Positions 1 through 9,167 of a stretch of 64,000 nucleotides of DNA are shown here, piece by piece. The notes below the pieces were generated by a model that saw only the letters and a list, made by a program, of their open reading frames with translations, had not been told where the DNA came from and made no database searches. The stretch is from an uncultured Thermoleophilia bacterium (GTDB lineage: Bacteria > Actinomycetota > Thermoleophilia > UBA2241): positions 128,001 through 192,000 of the forward strand of contig CAVPCT010000006.1 of NCBI GenBank assembly GCA_963702475.1, read 5' to 3'. The translations under genes and the position numbers were made by a program. Positions within the stretch are counted from its first letter, which is position 1, and every line of letters starts with the position of its first letter.

Positions 1-2
1 CC

Positions 3-593
3 GGCGGCGACGCGCCGTGCCGGCTGGCCGTGCGAGACGGCCGGCGCGAGGCCCGCAGGTATTGGGATGTGGCGGCGGGCCTGTTTCGGCCCGAGGTGCT
101 CACGCCCGGGCCAGCCGAGCCCGGCACCTGTCCGCTGCACCGGCACTACCAGCTGGCGCGCACGCTGCTGTACGCGGGGGCGCTGGCCGGGTGGGCGGCA
201 GACCAGCGCCGTACGGCGCCCGTTGCGACGGCGCCGGCAGGCGCGGAGGGCCGCCGGCGCTTCGCCGCGCTGGTCATCGCCCCGGCGGCGACGGCCGGGC
301 TGCTCGAGCGGCAGACGGCGGCGTTCGCGGCCGGCGTGCTCCTGCCGGCCCACGCCGGCCGGGTGGCCGTGGCGCACTACGAAGGCCTCGCGCGCCTGCT
401 CCGCTCGTGCGGCGATCCGCAGGCGGCCGCCGCCGGCGCGTTCGTCGCCGCGCTGCTGCCGCCCGCGCCGCCGCCGGCTCGCGCCGAGACCGTCCGTGAG
501 CTGCGCCGCCGCGCCGAGGCAGGCCGGCGGGCGCGGCGCCGGGCGGAGCCGTCGGAGGACGCCGGCCGCGAGCCGCGTACAATGACGCCATGA
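3..593 (+). CDS. Hypothetical protein, 5'-truncated by the window edge; weak resemblance to PGN_0703-like PD-(D/E)XK nuclease
   Basis: Frame is open from the window start; contains CPLHRHYQLARTLLYA; stop overlaps the next ATG (ATGA at 590-593). Confidence 0.4.
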   Translation, partial: GGDAPCRLAVRDGRREARRYWDVAAGLFRPEVLTPGPAEPGTCPLHRHYQLARTLLYAGALAGWAADQRRTAPVATAPAGAEGRRRFAALVIAPAATAGLLERQTAAFAAGVLLPAHAGRVAVAHYEGLARLLRSCGDPQAAAAGAFVAALLPPAPPPARAETVRELRRRAEAGRRARRRAEPSEDAGREPRTMTP

Positions 594-1858
594 CCTCGCC
601 GTCCTCACGCCCCCGCCGCGGACGGGGGCTCGTCCTCGCCGGGGTGGCCGCCGTGCTCGTCGTGCTCGCCGGCCTCGCCGTCTTCATCCCGCTCGCTTTC
701 TACGAAGAGCGGGCCGCGCCGGTCCGTGCCGCGGCGCCCGCCACGCGCCCCGCCACGACCGCCGAGGCTCAGGCGGCGCTCACGCGAGCCGCGGCGGCAC
801 TGCACGCCGGCGACCGCGCCGCCTACCGCGCCGCTCTGCCCGCCTCCGGCAAGCCGGCCCGACGGGCCCTCGGCGCGCTCTTCCGGCACCTCTCTTCCCT
901 TCCGTGGACCACATTCGCCCTCACGGTGCAGCCCATAGAGTCGGCGCCCGGGCGTTTCGACGTGTTCGCCACCGGGCGGCTCGCCCGTACCGGGCCCGCT
1001 GACCGGGTGGGCGGCGAGCGAGTCCTCGAACTTGAGTGGCGCGACGGCGGTGTCGTGGCCGTCGCCGACGTCACGCCCGGGGCCATCGAGCGTGAGTACC
1101 TGATGGCCTTCCACGACCCCGTCACCGTGGAGCACGACGGTGTCCTGGTCATCGCCGACCGCTCGTCCCGGGGCCGCGCCGAGGCGCTCGCCGAGGCCGC
1201 CTCCGCGGCGTCTCCCCGTCTCCGCCTCGTCGGCGTGAAGCCGGACGAGCAGGTGCTCGTGTCGGTCTACTCGTCGCTGGAGGACCTCAAGGCCTCGCTC
1301 GGCGGCGGGCCGGACGAGGACCGCATCCGCTTCTTCTCCAGTACCGCCCCGCGCCTGTCGCCCAAACCCTGGCGCATCCGCGACGTGGGTGTGCTGGGGC
1401 CGTCGCTTGACGGTACCGGCGACTGGATGCCCCTCATGCTCTCGCACGAGCTCACGCACGCCTACACCGGCCAGTGGTTCGCGAAGACCGAGCACGCGCC
1501 CACCTTCCTCATGGAGGGTCTGGCGACTGCCGTGGAGGGTGGGCGCGACTGGACGCCGCTCAAAGAGGAGGTGGCCGCCGGCAACCAGCTCTGGCCGCTG
1601 GCCGACGCCATCGGCACCGGCAACCTGTGGATGGGCACGTCCACCGCCGACGTCCGCCTCGCCTACCTTGAGGCGGCCTCCGTGGTCCACTACGTGCTCG
1701 ACCGCTGGGGGCTCGCCAGGCTCCGTCCCTTCCTGCAGGCGCTGGCCGACTCGGACCTCTCGGAGCAGGGCTTCGACGCCGCCGCGCGGGAGGCGCTGGG
1801 CGTCGGCTGGGCGGAGTTCTACGGCGGCTGGAAGGAGTACGTGCCGGCGCTGCCGTGA
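590..1858 (+). CDS. Membrane-anchored gluzincin (peptidase MA-like) metallopeptidase
   Basis: N-terminal TM helix; HELTH zinc motif followed by FLMEGLA third-ligand motif. Confidence 0.75.
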   Translation: MTSPSSRPRRGRGLVLAGVAAVLVVLAGLAVFIPLAFYEERAAPVRAAAPATRPATTAEAQAALTRAAAALHAGDRAAYRAALPASGKPARRALGALFRHLSSLPWTTFALTVQPIESAPGRFDVFATGRLARTGPADRVGGERVLELEWRDGGVVAVADVTPGAIEREYLMAFHDPVTVEHDGVLVIADRSSRGRAEALAEAASAASPRLRLVGVKPDEQVLVSVYSSLEDLKASLGGGPDEDRIRFFSSTAPRLSPKPWRIRDVGVLGPSLDGTGDWMPLMLSHELTHAYTGQWFAKTEHAPTFLMEGLATAVEGGRDWTPLKEEVAAGNQLWPLADAIGTGNLWMGTSTADVRLAYLEAASVVHYVLDRWGLARLRPFLQALADSDLSEQGFDAAAREALGVGWAEFYGGWKEYVPALP

Positions 1859-1948
1859 CGGCACGCAGGCGGAGCCACCTCGTAAGGTTGCGTGCAGGGC
1901 TCTGGGGGGGTACACCGTAGTCAGCGACAACCTCCGGAAGGAGTCCCC

Positions 1949-3301
1949 ATGAGGTCCAGGCTCACGCTGTACATCGTCATCGCCCTTGTGGCCGGTCTCG
2001 CGCTGGTCGGCGTGGCAGTAGCCGTCGCCGGCGCCGGCTCCACGGCGAACCTGCCGGCCATCTCCGCCTCCGATCTCATGGCCAGGATGGCGCAGGCCGA
2101 GGACACCGTCACCTCGGTGAGCGGCGAGATCTCCTGGAAGAACACCCTGCTCGGAGATGTGGGTGACGCCAGCGGCCTCGCCCAGATGCCGGCGCAGTCG
2201 CCGCTCCTGGCGAGCGGGTCCGGTAGACTCTGGATGAGCGAGGACGGCGTCCGCGTGGAGTCGCAGGGCAGCGGCGGAGACCAGGTCGCCGGCGTCGACA
2301 AGGCCGCACGCCAGGCGTGGACCTACGACTCGTCCGCCAACACCGCCGAGGTGTGGAAGCTCACCGGCGACCTCGGCGGGATGCCGCGCACGCCGTCACC
2401 CTCCCCGTCCATGCTCACACCGGAGGCCATCACCGCCATCCTCGAGAAGCTGGCGCCATACGCGAGGATCGACGTGGCCGGGCAGGCCACGGTCGCCGGC
2501 CGCGCCGTGTACCTCCTGCGCATGACGCCGGCGGCCGACGACACCGCCCTGGGCGCCGTGCAGGCGTCCATCGACGGTGAGACCATGCTGCCGCTCCGCC
2601 TCGAGGTCTTCGCCGCGAGCGGCGGTCCGGCCGTGCTGGAGTCGGGCTTCGACACCATCTCCTACGAGCCCATCGACGCGTCCCTGTTCGCCTTCTCGCC
2701 GCCGGCCGGCGCGGAAGTCACGACAGAGGACTACGACGCCGCCGAGCTGCAGCAGAAGCTTGACGCGAGGCACGGCTCGAGCGGCGAGCAGGCCTCCGGG
2801 GCCGACAGCGACGCGGCCGGCCGCAAGGCCCTGGCACGCACCGCACTGCTGACGATCCCCGAGGCGCAGGAGCTTGTCGACTTCCAGCTGGCTTCCGCGC
2901 AGGGCTACACCGCGCGGCCGTTCCAGTGGGGCTACGTGTTCCTCGGCGGGCTGCCGGTGAACGCGGACGGGAATCCGCTCTTCGACATGGCGAAGACGGG
3001 CCTGGGGGCTTCCGGCGACGCTGTCGAAGCCCCCGACATGGGTCCCGTGTCGGTCCTTCTGTACGGAGAGGGCTTCGGCTCCATCGTGCTGGCGCAGACG
3101 AAGACCACGCCGGAGCTCGAGAAGGAGCTCGCGCAGTTGCCGGCGCTGGTCGGCGGGGCGACCCTGAACGGTGCGCCCGTGCGCTCCATGACCACGCCCC
3201 TCGGCGGGGTGTACGTCTGGCAGCAGGGAGACACGACCCTCGTGGCCGGTGGCATGGTCCCGGCTGCGGACCTCGAGGCATTCGTCGAGTCCGTGAAGTG
3301 A
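1949..3301 (+). CDS. LolA/DUF2092-like secreted or anchored lipid-carrier-fold protein
   Basis: AAGGAG RBS before ATG 1949; signal/TM segment; AWTYDS and TVAGRAVY...IDGETMLPLRLEVF...FAFSPPAGAEV LolA-like motifs. Confidence 0.75.
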   Translation: MRSRLTLYIVIALVAGLALVGVAVAVAGAGSTANLPAISASDLMARMAQAEDTVTSVSGEISWKNTLLGDVGDASGLAQMPAQSPLLASGSGRLWMSEDGVRVESQGSGGDQVAGVDKAARQAWTYDSSANTAEVWKLTGDLGGMPRTPSPSPSMLTPEAITAILEKLAPYARIDVAGQATVAGRAVYLLRMTPAADDTALGAVQASIDGETMLPLRLEVFAASGGPAVLESGFDTISYEPIDASLFAFSPPAGAEVTTEDYDAAELQQKLDARHGSSGEQASGADSDAAGRKALARTALLTIPEAQELVDFQLASAQGYTARPFQWGYVFLGGLPVNADGNPLFDMAKTGLGASGDAVEAPDMGPVSVLLYGEGFGSIVLAQTKTTPELEKELAQLPALVGGATLNGAPVRSMTTPLGGVYVWQQGDTTLVAGGMVPAADLEAFVESVK

Positions 3302-3313
3302 CCGGCCGCTGAC

Positions 3314-4357
3314 GTGACGCCCGACGTCGCCGACGAGAGGGACGAGGCGGCAGGGGCGCGGCCGGCGCAGCACAGCTGCGAGAGCCGCGCCCCCGTCCTG
3401 ACCACCCATGCCCTCAGCAAGCAGTTCGGCGCCCTGCGCGCCGTCGACGGCCTGGACATGCAGGTGTGCCAGGGCGACGTGTTCGGCTTCCTGGGGCCCA
3501 ACGGCGCCGGCAAGACCACGGTCATCCGGCTCGCCCTCGGTCTCATCCACCCCACGAGCGGTCACGTGGAGGTCTGCGGCCACCGCGTCCCGGGCGAGCT
3601 CCAGGGGGCGTTGCGACACGTGGGCGGCTTCGTCGACGACCCCACCTTCTACCCGCTCATGAGCGCGCGCCGGAACCTGCGCCTCCTGGGCAGCATGACG
3701 GGGCCGGTGAGCGAGGAGCGCATCGACGAGGTCCTGGACATCGTCGCGCTCCGCGAGCGCGGTCACGACCGCGTGGGCGGCTTCAGCCACGGCATGAAGC
3801 AGCGCCTCGGCATCGCCCAGGCGTTGCTGCACAGCCCCGAGCTCATCGTGCTCGACGAGCCCACCAGCGGCCTCGACCCGCGCGGCATGAAGGACGTGCG
3901 CGAGCTCATCCGCGACCTGGGCAGGGCCGGTACCACCGTCTTTCTCAGCTCGCACCTGCTGCACGAGGTCGAGCAGGTGTGCACGCGTGCTGTGATCATC
4001 AACAAGGGCCGCGTGGTGGTGCAGGGCCCGGTGAGCGAGCTGCGGCCGCAGAACGACGCCGTCAAGGTGCTCACCGGCGACCAGGGCCGCGCGGCCGAGG
4101 TGCTGCGCGGCCAGTTCGGCGCCGGCGGCGTGACGGAGGACGACGGCTATCTCATCGTCCAGGCCGATGAAGAGGCCGTGCCCGAGATGGTCCGCCTGCT
4201 CGTGGCCGACGGCGTGGCCGTGCGCGCCGTGGTGCCGGCGACCGAGCAGGGCCTGGAAGACTTCTTTCTCGAGCTCACCGGCACCGACGGCGACGAGCCG
4301 GCGCGCACGAAGCGGCGCACCGGCCTGGCGCGCCTGCTGCCCGGAGGCAAGCGATGA
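3314..4357 (+). CDS. ABC exporter ATP-binding protein
   Basis: Walker A GPNGAGKTT, signature FSHGMKQR, Walker B IVLDEP, H-loop SSHLL. Confidence 0.95.
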   Translation: MTPDVADERDEAAGARPAQHSCESRAPVLTTHALSKQFGALRAVDGLDMQVCQGDVFGFLGPNGAGKTTVIRLALGLIHPTSGHVEVCGHRVPGELQGALRHVGGFVDDPTFYPLMSARRNLRLLGSMTGPVSEERIDEVLDIVALRERGHDRVGGFSHGMKQRLGIAQALLHSPELIVLDEPTSGLDPRGMKDVRELIRDLGRAGTTVFLSSHLLHEVEQVCTRAVIINKGRVVVQGPVSELRPQNDAVKVLTGDQGRAAEVLRGQFGAGGVTEDDGYLIVQADEEAVPEMVRLLVADGVAVRAVVPATEQGLEDFFLELTGTDGDEPARTKRRTGLARLLPGGKR

Positions 4358-5277
4358 GCGCCGGCCCCGCCACGCCGGCCGCCCCCGCCCCGGCTGCCCC
4401 TCCCGCCGCCCCTGTCCGTGCCCACGGCAGCACCTCCGCGGCCCTCGGCGGCCACGCCTGGGGAGCACTGCGCCGGGAGTGGATCAAGCTGCTCTTCCAG
4501 CGCCGCAGCTACCTCATCTGGGGCGGCGCGTTCGTCATCCCGTTCCTGATCTCGCTGGCGCTCTACCTGGCCGGCTCGGACCCGCACGGCGAGGGCGGCG
4601 GCGAAGGTCCGCTGTTCATGCAGCGGATCACCGACAACGGCATGTTCGTCACCTTGGCATCTCTTTCGGCGCTGCTGCCGTTCCTGCTGCCCATGGCGGC
4701 GGCCATGGTGGCCGGCTACATGATCGCCGGCGAGGCCGAGCTGGGCACGATGCGCATCGTCCTGCTGCGGCCGGTGCGGCGCGGCAGCTTCCTGCTCGCC
4801 AAGTGGACCATGTCCGTCGTGTACCTGGCCGTCGGGTTCGGCGTCATGGTGGCCGGCGGGCTGCTCTTTGGGGGCCTGTTCTTCGGGTTGCACCCCATGA
4901 TCACGCTGTCCGGCACCACGGTCGGCGTGTGGCACGGTCTCGGTCTCATCCTGCTCGCCTGCGGCTACGGCCTCGCGGCCATGGCCTGCATCGTCTCCCT
5001 CTCGCTACTGCTGAGCACGCTCACAGACTCGAGTCTCACGGCGCTCATCGGCACGATCGTCATCTACATCGTCATCACCGTGCTCATCCAGTTCAGCTAC
5101 TTCGACTGGCTGCGACCCTGGGTCTTCCCGCAGTACCTGCTCGAGTTCTCCAACTTCTTCCGCGACCCGATCTACTGGACACCGATCCTCAAGGGCCTCG
5201 CCGTGTTCGCCGCCTGGAGCTGCGGCCTGACCTTCGTCGCATACCTCGTCTTCCGTCGCAAGGATGTGCTGAGCTGA
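4354..5277 (+). CDS. ABC-2 type permease
   Basis: Multiple TM helices, AGEAELGTMRIVLLRPVRR motif, C-terminal FRRKDV; overlaps the ATPase stop codon. Confidence 0.9.
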   Translation: MSAGPATPAAPAPAAPPAAPVRAHGSTSAALGGHAWGALRREWIKLLFQRRSYLIWGGAFVIPFLISLALYLAGSDPHGEGGGEGPLFMQRITDNGMFVTLASLSALLPFLLPMAAAMVAGYMIAGEAELGTMRIVLLRPVRRGSFLLAKWTMSVVYLAVGFGVMVAGGLLFGGLFFGLHPMITLSGTTVGVWHGLGLILLACGYGLAAMACIVSLSLLLSTLTDSSLTALIGTIVIYIVITVLIQFSYFDWLRPWVFPQYLLEFSNFFRDPIYWTPILKGLAVFAAWSCGLTFVAYLVFRRKDVLS

Positions 5278-5289
5278 CGGGGGCCGCCG

Positions 5290-5660
5290 GGATGTGGCCG
5301 TTTCAGCGCGGCGCTGCTCCCCGCCCCCGGCCTGCTGTTCCCCGACGCCGTGGCGCGGCTGCTCCCCGGCTCGCGCGCGATCTCCTCCTTGGCCTCGGCC
5401 CCGCGGTGGCGTAGATTCGCGCAGTGGCCGGTCTGACCGATGGATACTCCGAGGAGATGATGGGCGTGCCGGGCGCCGCACTGGTCGGGCGCGGGGACCT
5501 TCAGCTGTTCGGCGAGGAACGCCTGCAGGCGGTGGTCCGCGAGCACGCCGCCGAGCCGGCGGCAGCCATGATCGATGCGGTCCTCACCGCCGTGGACGAG
5601 TTCGCTACCGGCGAGCCGCAGTTCGACGACATGACCGTGATGGTCATCAGGGGGGTGTGA
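5290..5660 (+). pseudogene. Remnant of a PP2C/SpoIIE-type Ser/Thr phosphatase (C-terminal part only)
   Basis: LTDGYSE...FGEERL...QFDDMTVMVI in ORF 5424-5660; the same frame upstream has LLLGLGP followed by a TAG stop; the N-terminal catalytic half is missing. Confidence 0.65.
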
Positions 5661-5664
5661 GGGG

Positions 5665-6819
5665 ATGCGAGCGATGCAGCTGGCGGCGCCGGCTCCTGTC
5701 GAAGAGGCGCCGCTCCGTCTGGTCGACCTGCCGGTGCCCAAGCCGGGGCCGGGCCAGGTGCTGCTGCGCGTGCTGGCTTGCGGCGTGTGCCGCACCGATC
5801 TGCACATCCTGGAGGGCGAGCTGCCACCGCACCGCTCGCCCGTGGTGCTCGGCCACCAGATCGTCGCCGAGGTGGCCGCGCTCGGCCCCGGGGCCGACAC
5901 CGTCCGCCCGGGGGGAGACGAGAGCGCCCCGACGCTCGTGGTCGGCGACCGGGTCGGGGTGCCGTGGCTGCACCAGACCGACGAGAGCTGCCGGTTCTGC
6001 AAGCGCGGTCGCGAGAACCTCTGCGCGGACGCGCGCTTCACCGGCTGGGACGTGGACGGCGGCTTCGCCGAGTACACGGTGGCGCCGGCCGGATTCGTGT
6101 ACCGCCTCCCGGCCGGCATGACCGCCATGGCGGCCGCGCCGCTGCTCTGCGCCGGCATCATCGGCTACCGCTGCCTGCGGCTGGTCGGCGTCGTCGGCGA
6201 GAGCGCCGGCCTCGCCGGCGGCGGCACGCGCACGCCGGCCGACGAGCTCACGGCGGTCAAGGAGCGCGAGCGCTGGCCCGACTGGCCGCCGCCGCGCCCC
6301 GGCTCCGAGCACCTCGGCCGCCTCGCCATCTACGGTTTCGGCTCGGCGGCCTCGCTCTGCACCCAGATCGCCGTGTGGCGCGGCTGGGAGGTCTACGGCA
6401 TCGCCCGCGACGCCGAGCACCGCAGCCTGGCGCTGGAGCTCGGCTGCGTGTGGGCGGGCGAGGCGAGCGACGACCCCGGCGTCGAGTACGACGCCGCCAT
6501 CGTCTTCGCGCCCGCCGGCGAGCTCGCCGTCGAAGCCCTGCGCCGCCTCGACAAGGGCGGCGTGGTCGCCCTGGGCGGGATCTACAGCTCGCCCATCCCG
6601 CCCATCGAGTACCCGTGGATCTACCACGAGCGCGTGGTGCGCAGCGTCGCCAACTCCACGCGCGAGGACGCCCGCGAGCTGCTGCGCGACGCGGCCCTCG
6701 TGCCCGTCGTCAGCCGCGTCCAGGAGTACCCGCTCGAGCGCGCCAACGAGGCGCTCCTCGATCTGAAGGAAGACAGAGTGCGCGGGTCCGCGGTGCTGCG
6801 GGTGGCGGCGGACGCGTAG
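5665..6819 (+). CDS. Zinc-binding alcohol dehydrogenase family protein
   Basis: CGVCRTDLH, GHQIV, CRFC..GRENLC, PLLCAG, YGFG Rossmann motif. Confidence 0.9.
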   Translation: MRAMQLAAPAPVEEAPLRLVDLPVPKPGPGQVLLRVLACGVCRTDLHILEGELPPHRSPVVLGHQIVAEVAALGPGADTVRPGGDESAPTLVVGDRVGVPWLHQTDESCRFCKRGRENLCADARFTGWDVDGGFAEYTVAPAGFVYRLPAGMTAMAAAPLLCAGIIGYRCLRLVGVVGESAGLAGGGTRTPADELTAVKERERWPDWPPPRPGSEHLGRLAIYGFGSAASLCTQIAVWRGWEVYGIARDAEHRSLALELGCVWAGEASDDPGVEYDAAIVFAPAGELAVEALRRLDKGGVVALGGIYSSPIPPIEYPWIYHERVVRSVANSTREDARELLRDAALVPVVSRVQEYPLERANEALLDLKEDRVRGSAVLRVAADA

Positions 6820-6871
6820 CCTCGCGCCCGGGCGGGCACAACCACCGGGCAACTCAGAGCGAGGAGGAAGA

Positions 6872-7129
6872 GTGTCCGACATCGTCATCTACAAGACGAC
6901 ATCGTGCCCCTACTGCGTCATGGCCGGGGCACTGCTGAAGAAGAAGGGCCTGACGTACCGCGAGATCGACGTCACGTGGGATGCCGACCTTCGCAGGGAG
7001 ATGGAGGAGCGCTCCGGGCGGCGTACCGTGCCGGAGATCTTCATCGGCGATCGGTGCGTGGGCGGGTACGACGACCTCGCCAGGCTGAGCTCGAGCGGCG
7101 AGCTCGAGAGGATGCTCGGACAGAGCTGA
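6872..7129 (+). CDS. grxC: Glutaredoxin 3
   Basis: CPYC active site, TVPEIFI, GGYDDL; GAGGAGG RBS. Confidence 0.9.
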   Translation: MSDIVIYKTTSCPYCVMAGALLKKKGLTYREIDVTWDADLRREMEERSGRRTVPEIFIGDRCVGGYDDLARLSSSGELERMLGQS

Positions 7130-7247
7130 CCGGCCCGGGCGGCCGCGCCGGCGGTCGGCCGGGCCCTCCTGGGTCGCGGCCTCCGTCCGGGGTGTCGCGG
7201 CCGGTGTCCTCGACGTCGCGCGGGTCACGCCCGCGCCGTCAGTAGCC

Positions 7248-9167
7248 TCATATGCAGTCAAAGAGCGAGTAGGCCTCTTCTCCGGCCGCGGCCTGGCCGC
7301 CGCAGCCGGCGGCGCAGCCTTCGCCCAGCGTGGCGCCGTCCCCCGGCTGCCCGGCCGCCAGCTCCTGAAAGATCGGCCGCACCAGCTCGCAGTACGGGAA
7401 GGCGGCGGCGTAGCCGGCGGGCTCATCGTGGGCGCGGGCGGCGTAGTGCGCCTGCACCCAGCACTCGCCGCCGCAGGCGTCCACGACGGGGCAGGCGGCG
7501 CACTCGGCCCTGTCGCGGGCGCGCGCGGCGCGCAGCAGCCGCAGGCTGCTGGACGTGCGCCAGATGCGCTCGACGCTCTGTTCGCGCACCGAGCCGGCGA
7601 CGAACGCCGGGTCTCCGGCGGTGATCACACAGGCGTGCACGTTGCCGTACGGGTCGACGGCCAGGTCACGGCAGCCGGCCGCGCAGAGGTCGTTGCGGGC
7701 GCCGAGCCGGCGACGCCAGCTCGGCAGGTTGTCGACGGTGAGGCCGATCTGCGCCGCGAGGGCGACCAGCGCGCGCACGGCGGCCAGCAGCTCGTCCCCG
7801 CGCGGCACGAGCGCCATGTCGTCCGGCAGGCCGCCGTGCTGGTGCGGCAGGATCAGGTGGAGCCGGCCTACGCCGGCGGCGCGCAGCTCGCGGGCGAGCT
7901 GCGGCAGGCCGGCCAAAGCCGGCCGCACGAGCACCGTGTTCGCCACGGGCTCCAGGCCCACGGCCTGCAGCGTGGCGATGGACTCCATCACCTCGTCGTA
8001 GCTGCCGGGGCCGCGCAGGTCGTCGTTGATCTCGCGTGGCCCGTCGATGCTCGCCAGCGGCGTCAGGCGCCCGCGGCCGGCCTTCGCCAGCGCGGCCGCG
8101 GTCCTCTCGTCGATGAGGCTGTTGAAGAAGAACCTGCAGCCTCCATCGAGGCGGCCGGTGATGTGGTCGACGAGCGCGACGAAGTCGGGGCGGAGCAGCG
8201 GGTCGCCGCCGATGAACACGAAGCTCCGCGCGCCGAGCTCCGCGCACTGGCCGGCGACATCCTTCCACTCGGTGGTCGTCAGCTCGCCGGCGGCCAGGCC
8301 GGCGCCCTTGTCGTAGCAGTGACGGCAGTCGCGGGTACAGCGGTGGGTCACGTGGAGGTAGACCTCGCGCAGCGTGTCGGCCTGGACTCCGCGCAGGCCC
8401 GCTTGCCCGGCGAGCCGGGACATGAGCGCGAGGTCCTCGGCACGGTCGACATCCACCCACAGCGGAAGCTGGCGGACGCGGATCCCGGCGCCTTCTACTG
8501 CGGCCAGCGTCGCGGAGAGCAGGCCCGACGTGCTCATTGGCGAGCTTCGCAGGAGCGTGCCGAGGTCGTCACCGCGCCGGCCCCACGTGCCGGCATCGGT
8601 GCCGACGAGGTAGTAGCCGCCGTCGGCGGCGGGGCCAAGGACGAGCGCATCGTCGGACGGCTCGCCGTCCAGCAACGCCAGTCCTTGTTCCAGGTACTCC
8701 GGCGGCAGCGAGGGACTGTCGCTGCCCACGACGAGCACCCGGCCGGCGCCGGCGGCGAAGAGGTCGGCGAACACGGCGGCGAGGCGCTCGCCGAGCGCGC
8801 CGCCGCGCTGCGAGAGGCGCAGCCAGGGCCGCGTCCGGCCGGCGAGGGGGTCGGGGCCGCGGCCGCGCGGAGCCTCACCGGCGCCGCGGTCTTGCGCACC
8901 CGGACCGGCGCCGTCCTCGGCAAGGGCCAGCACGAGCGCGGCGCCCGGCACGCGCTCGGCCACGTCGAGCGTGCCGGTCAGAAGACGCGTGTAGATCGCG
9001 AGCGCCTGATCGTCGCCGACGCTCGTCGCCAGGCGGCGCTTGACGGCGCCGCGCACGAGCGGCCGCGCCATGACGGCGATGGCCGCCTGACCGGCCCGCA
9101 CTGCCGGGCCCGTCCCGCTCGGTCGGGCGTGGGCATCCCCGTGATGTGTGTGCGCCGGCGCAGTCAT
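7248..9167 (-). CDS. Fusion of DUF2064/TIGR04282-type glycosyltransferase with a radical SAM/SPASM domain (639 aa)
   Basis: ATG 9167 overlaps the upstream stop. N-half has GAVKRRLA, QRGGALGERL, GSDSP, LGPAADGGYYLVG, DVD; C-half has CTRDCRHC, GGDP, and SPASM cysteines CAAG...HAC...CAACPVVDACGGEC...YC. Confidence 0.85.
   Translation of the reverse strand: MTAPAHTHHGDAHARPSGTGPAVRAGQAAIAVMARPLVRGAVKRRLATSVGDDQALAIYTRLLTGTLDVAERVPGAALVLALAEDGAGPGAQDRGAGEAPRGRGPDPLAGRTRPWLRLSQRGGALGERLAAVFADLFAAGAGRVLVVGSDSPSLPPEYLEQGLALLDGEPSDDALVLGPAADGGYYLVGTDAGTWGRRGDDLGTLLRSSPMSTSGLLSATLAAVEGAGIRVRQLPLWVDVDRAEDLALMSRLAGQAGLRGVQADTLREVYLHVTHRCTRDCRHCYDKGAGLAAGELTTTEWKDVAGQCAELGARSFVFIGGDPLLRPDFVALVDHITGRLDGGCRFFFNSLIDERTAAALAKAGRGRLTPLASIDGPREINDDLRGPGSYDEVMESIATLQAVGLEPVANTVLVRPALAGLPQLARELRAAGVGRLHLILPHQHGGLPDDMALVPRGDELLAAVRALVALAAQIGLTVDNLPSWRRRLGARNDLCAAGCRDLAVDPYGNVHACVITAGDPAFVAGSVREQSVERIWRTSSSLRLLRAARARDRAECAACPVVDACGGECWVQAHYAARAHDEPAGYAAAFPYCELVRPIFQELAAGQPGDGATLGEGCAAGCGGQAAAGEEAYSLFDCI

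Noticed and set aside
590-5277. Peptidase-LolA-like-ABC block as a novel export system
   Set aside because: DUF2092/LolA-like plus ABC-2 exporter is a common actinobacterial arrangement, and no precursor peptide is visible.
7130-7247. RiPP precursor peptide for the SPASM enzyme
   Set aside because: No small ORF with an RBS near the gene and no PqqD/RRE domain; the region is a GC hairpin between convergent genes.
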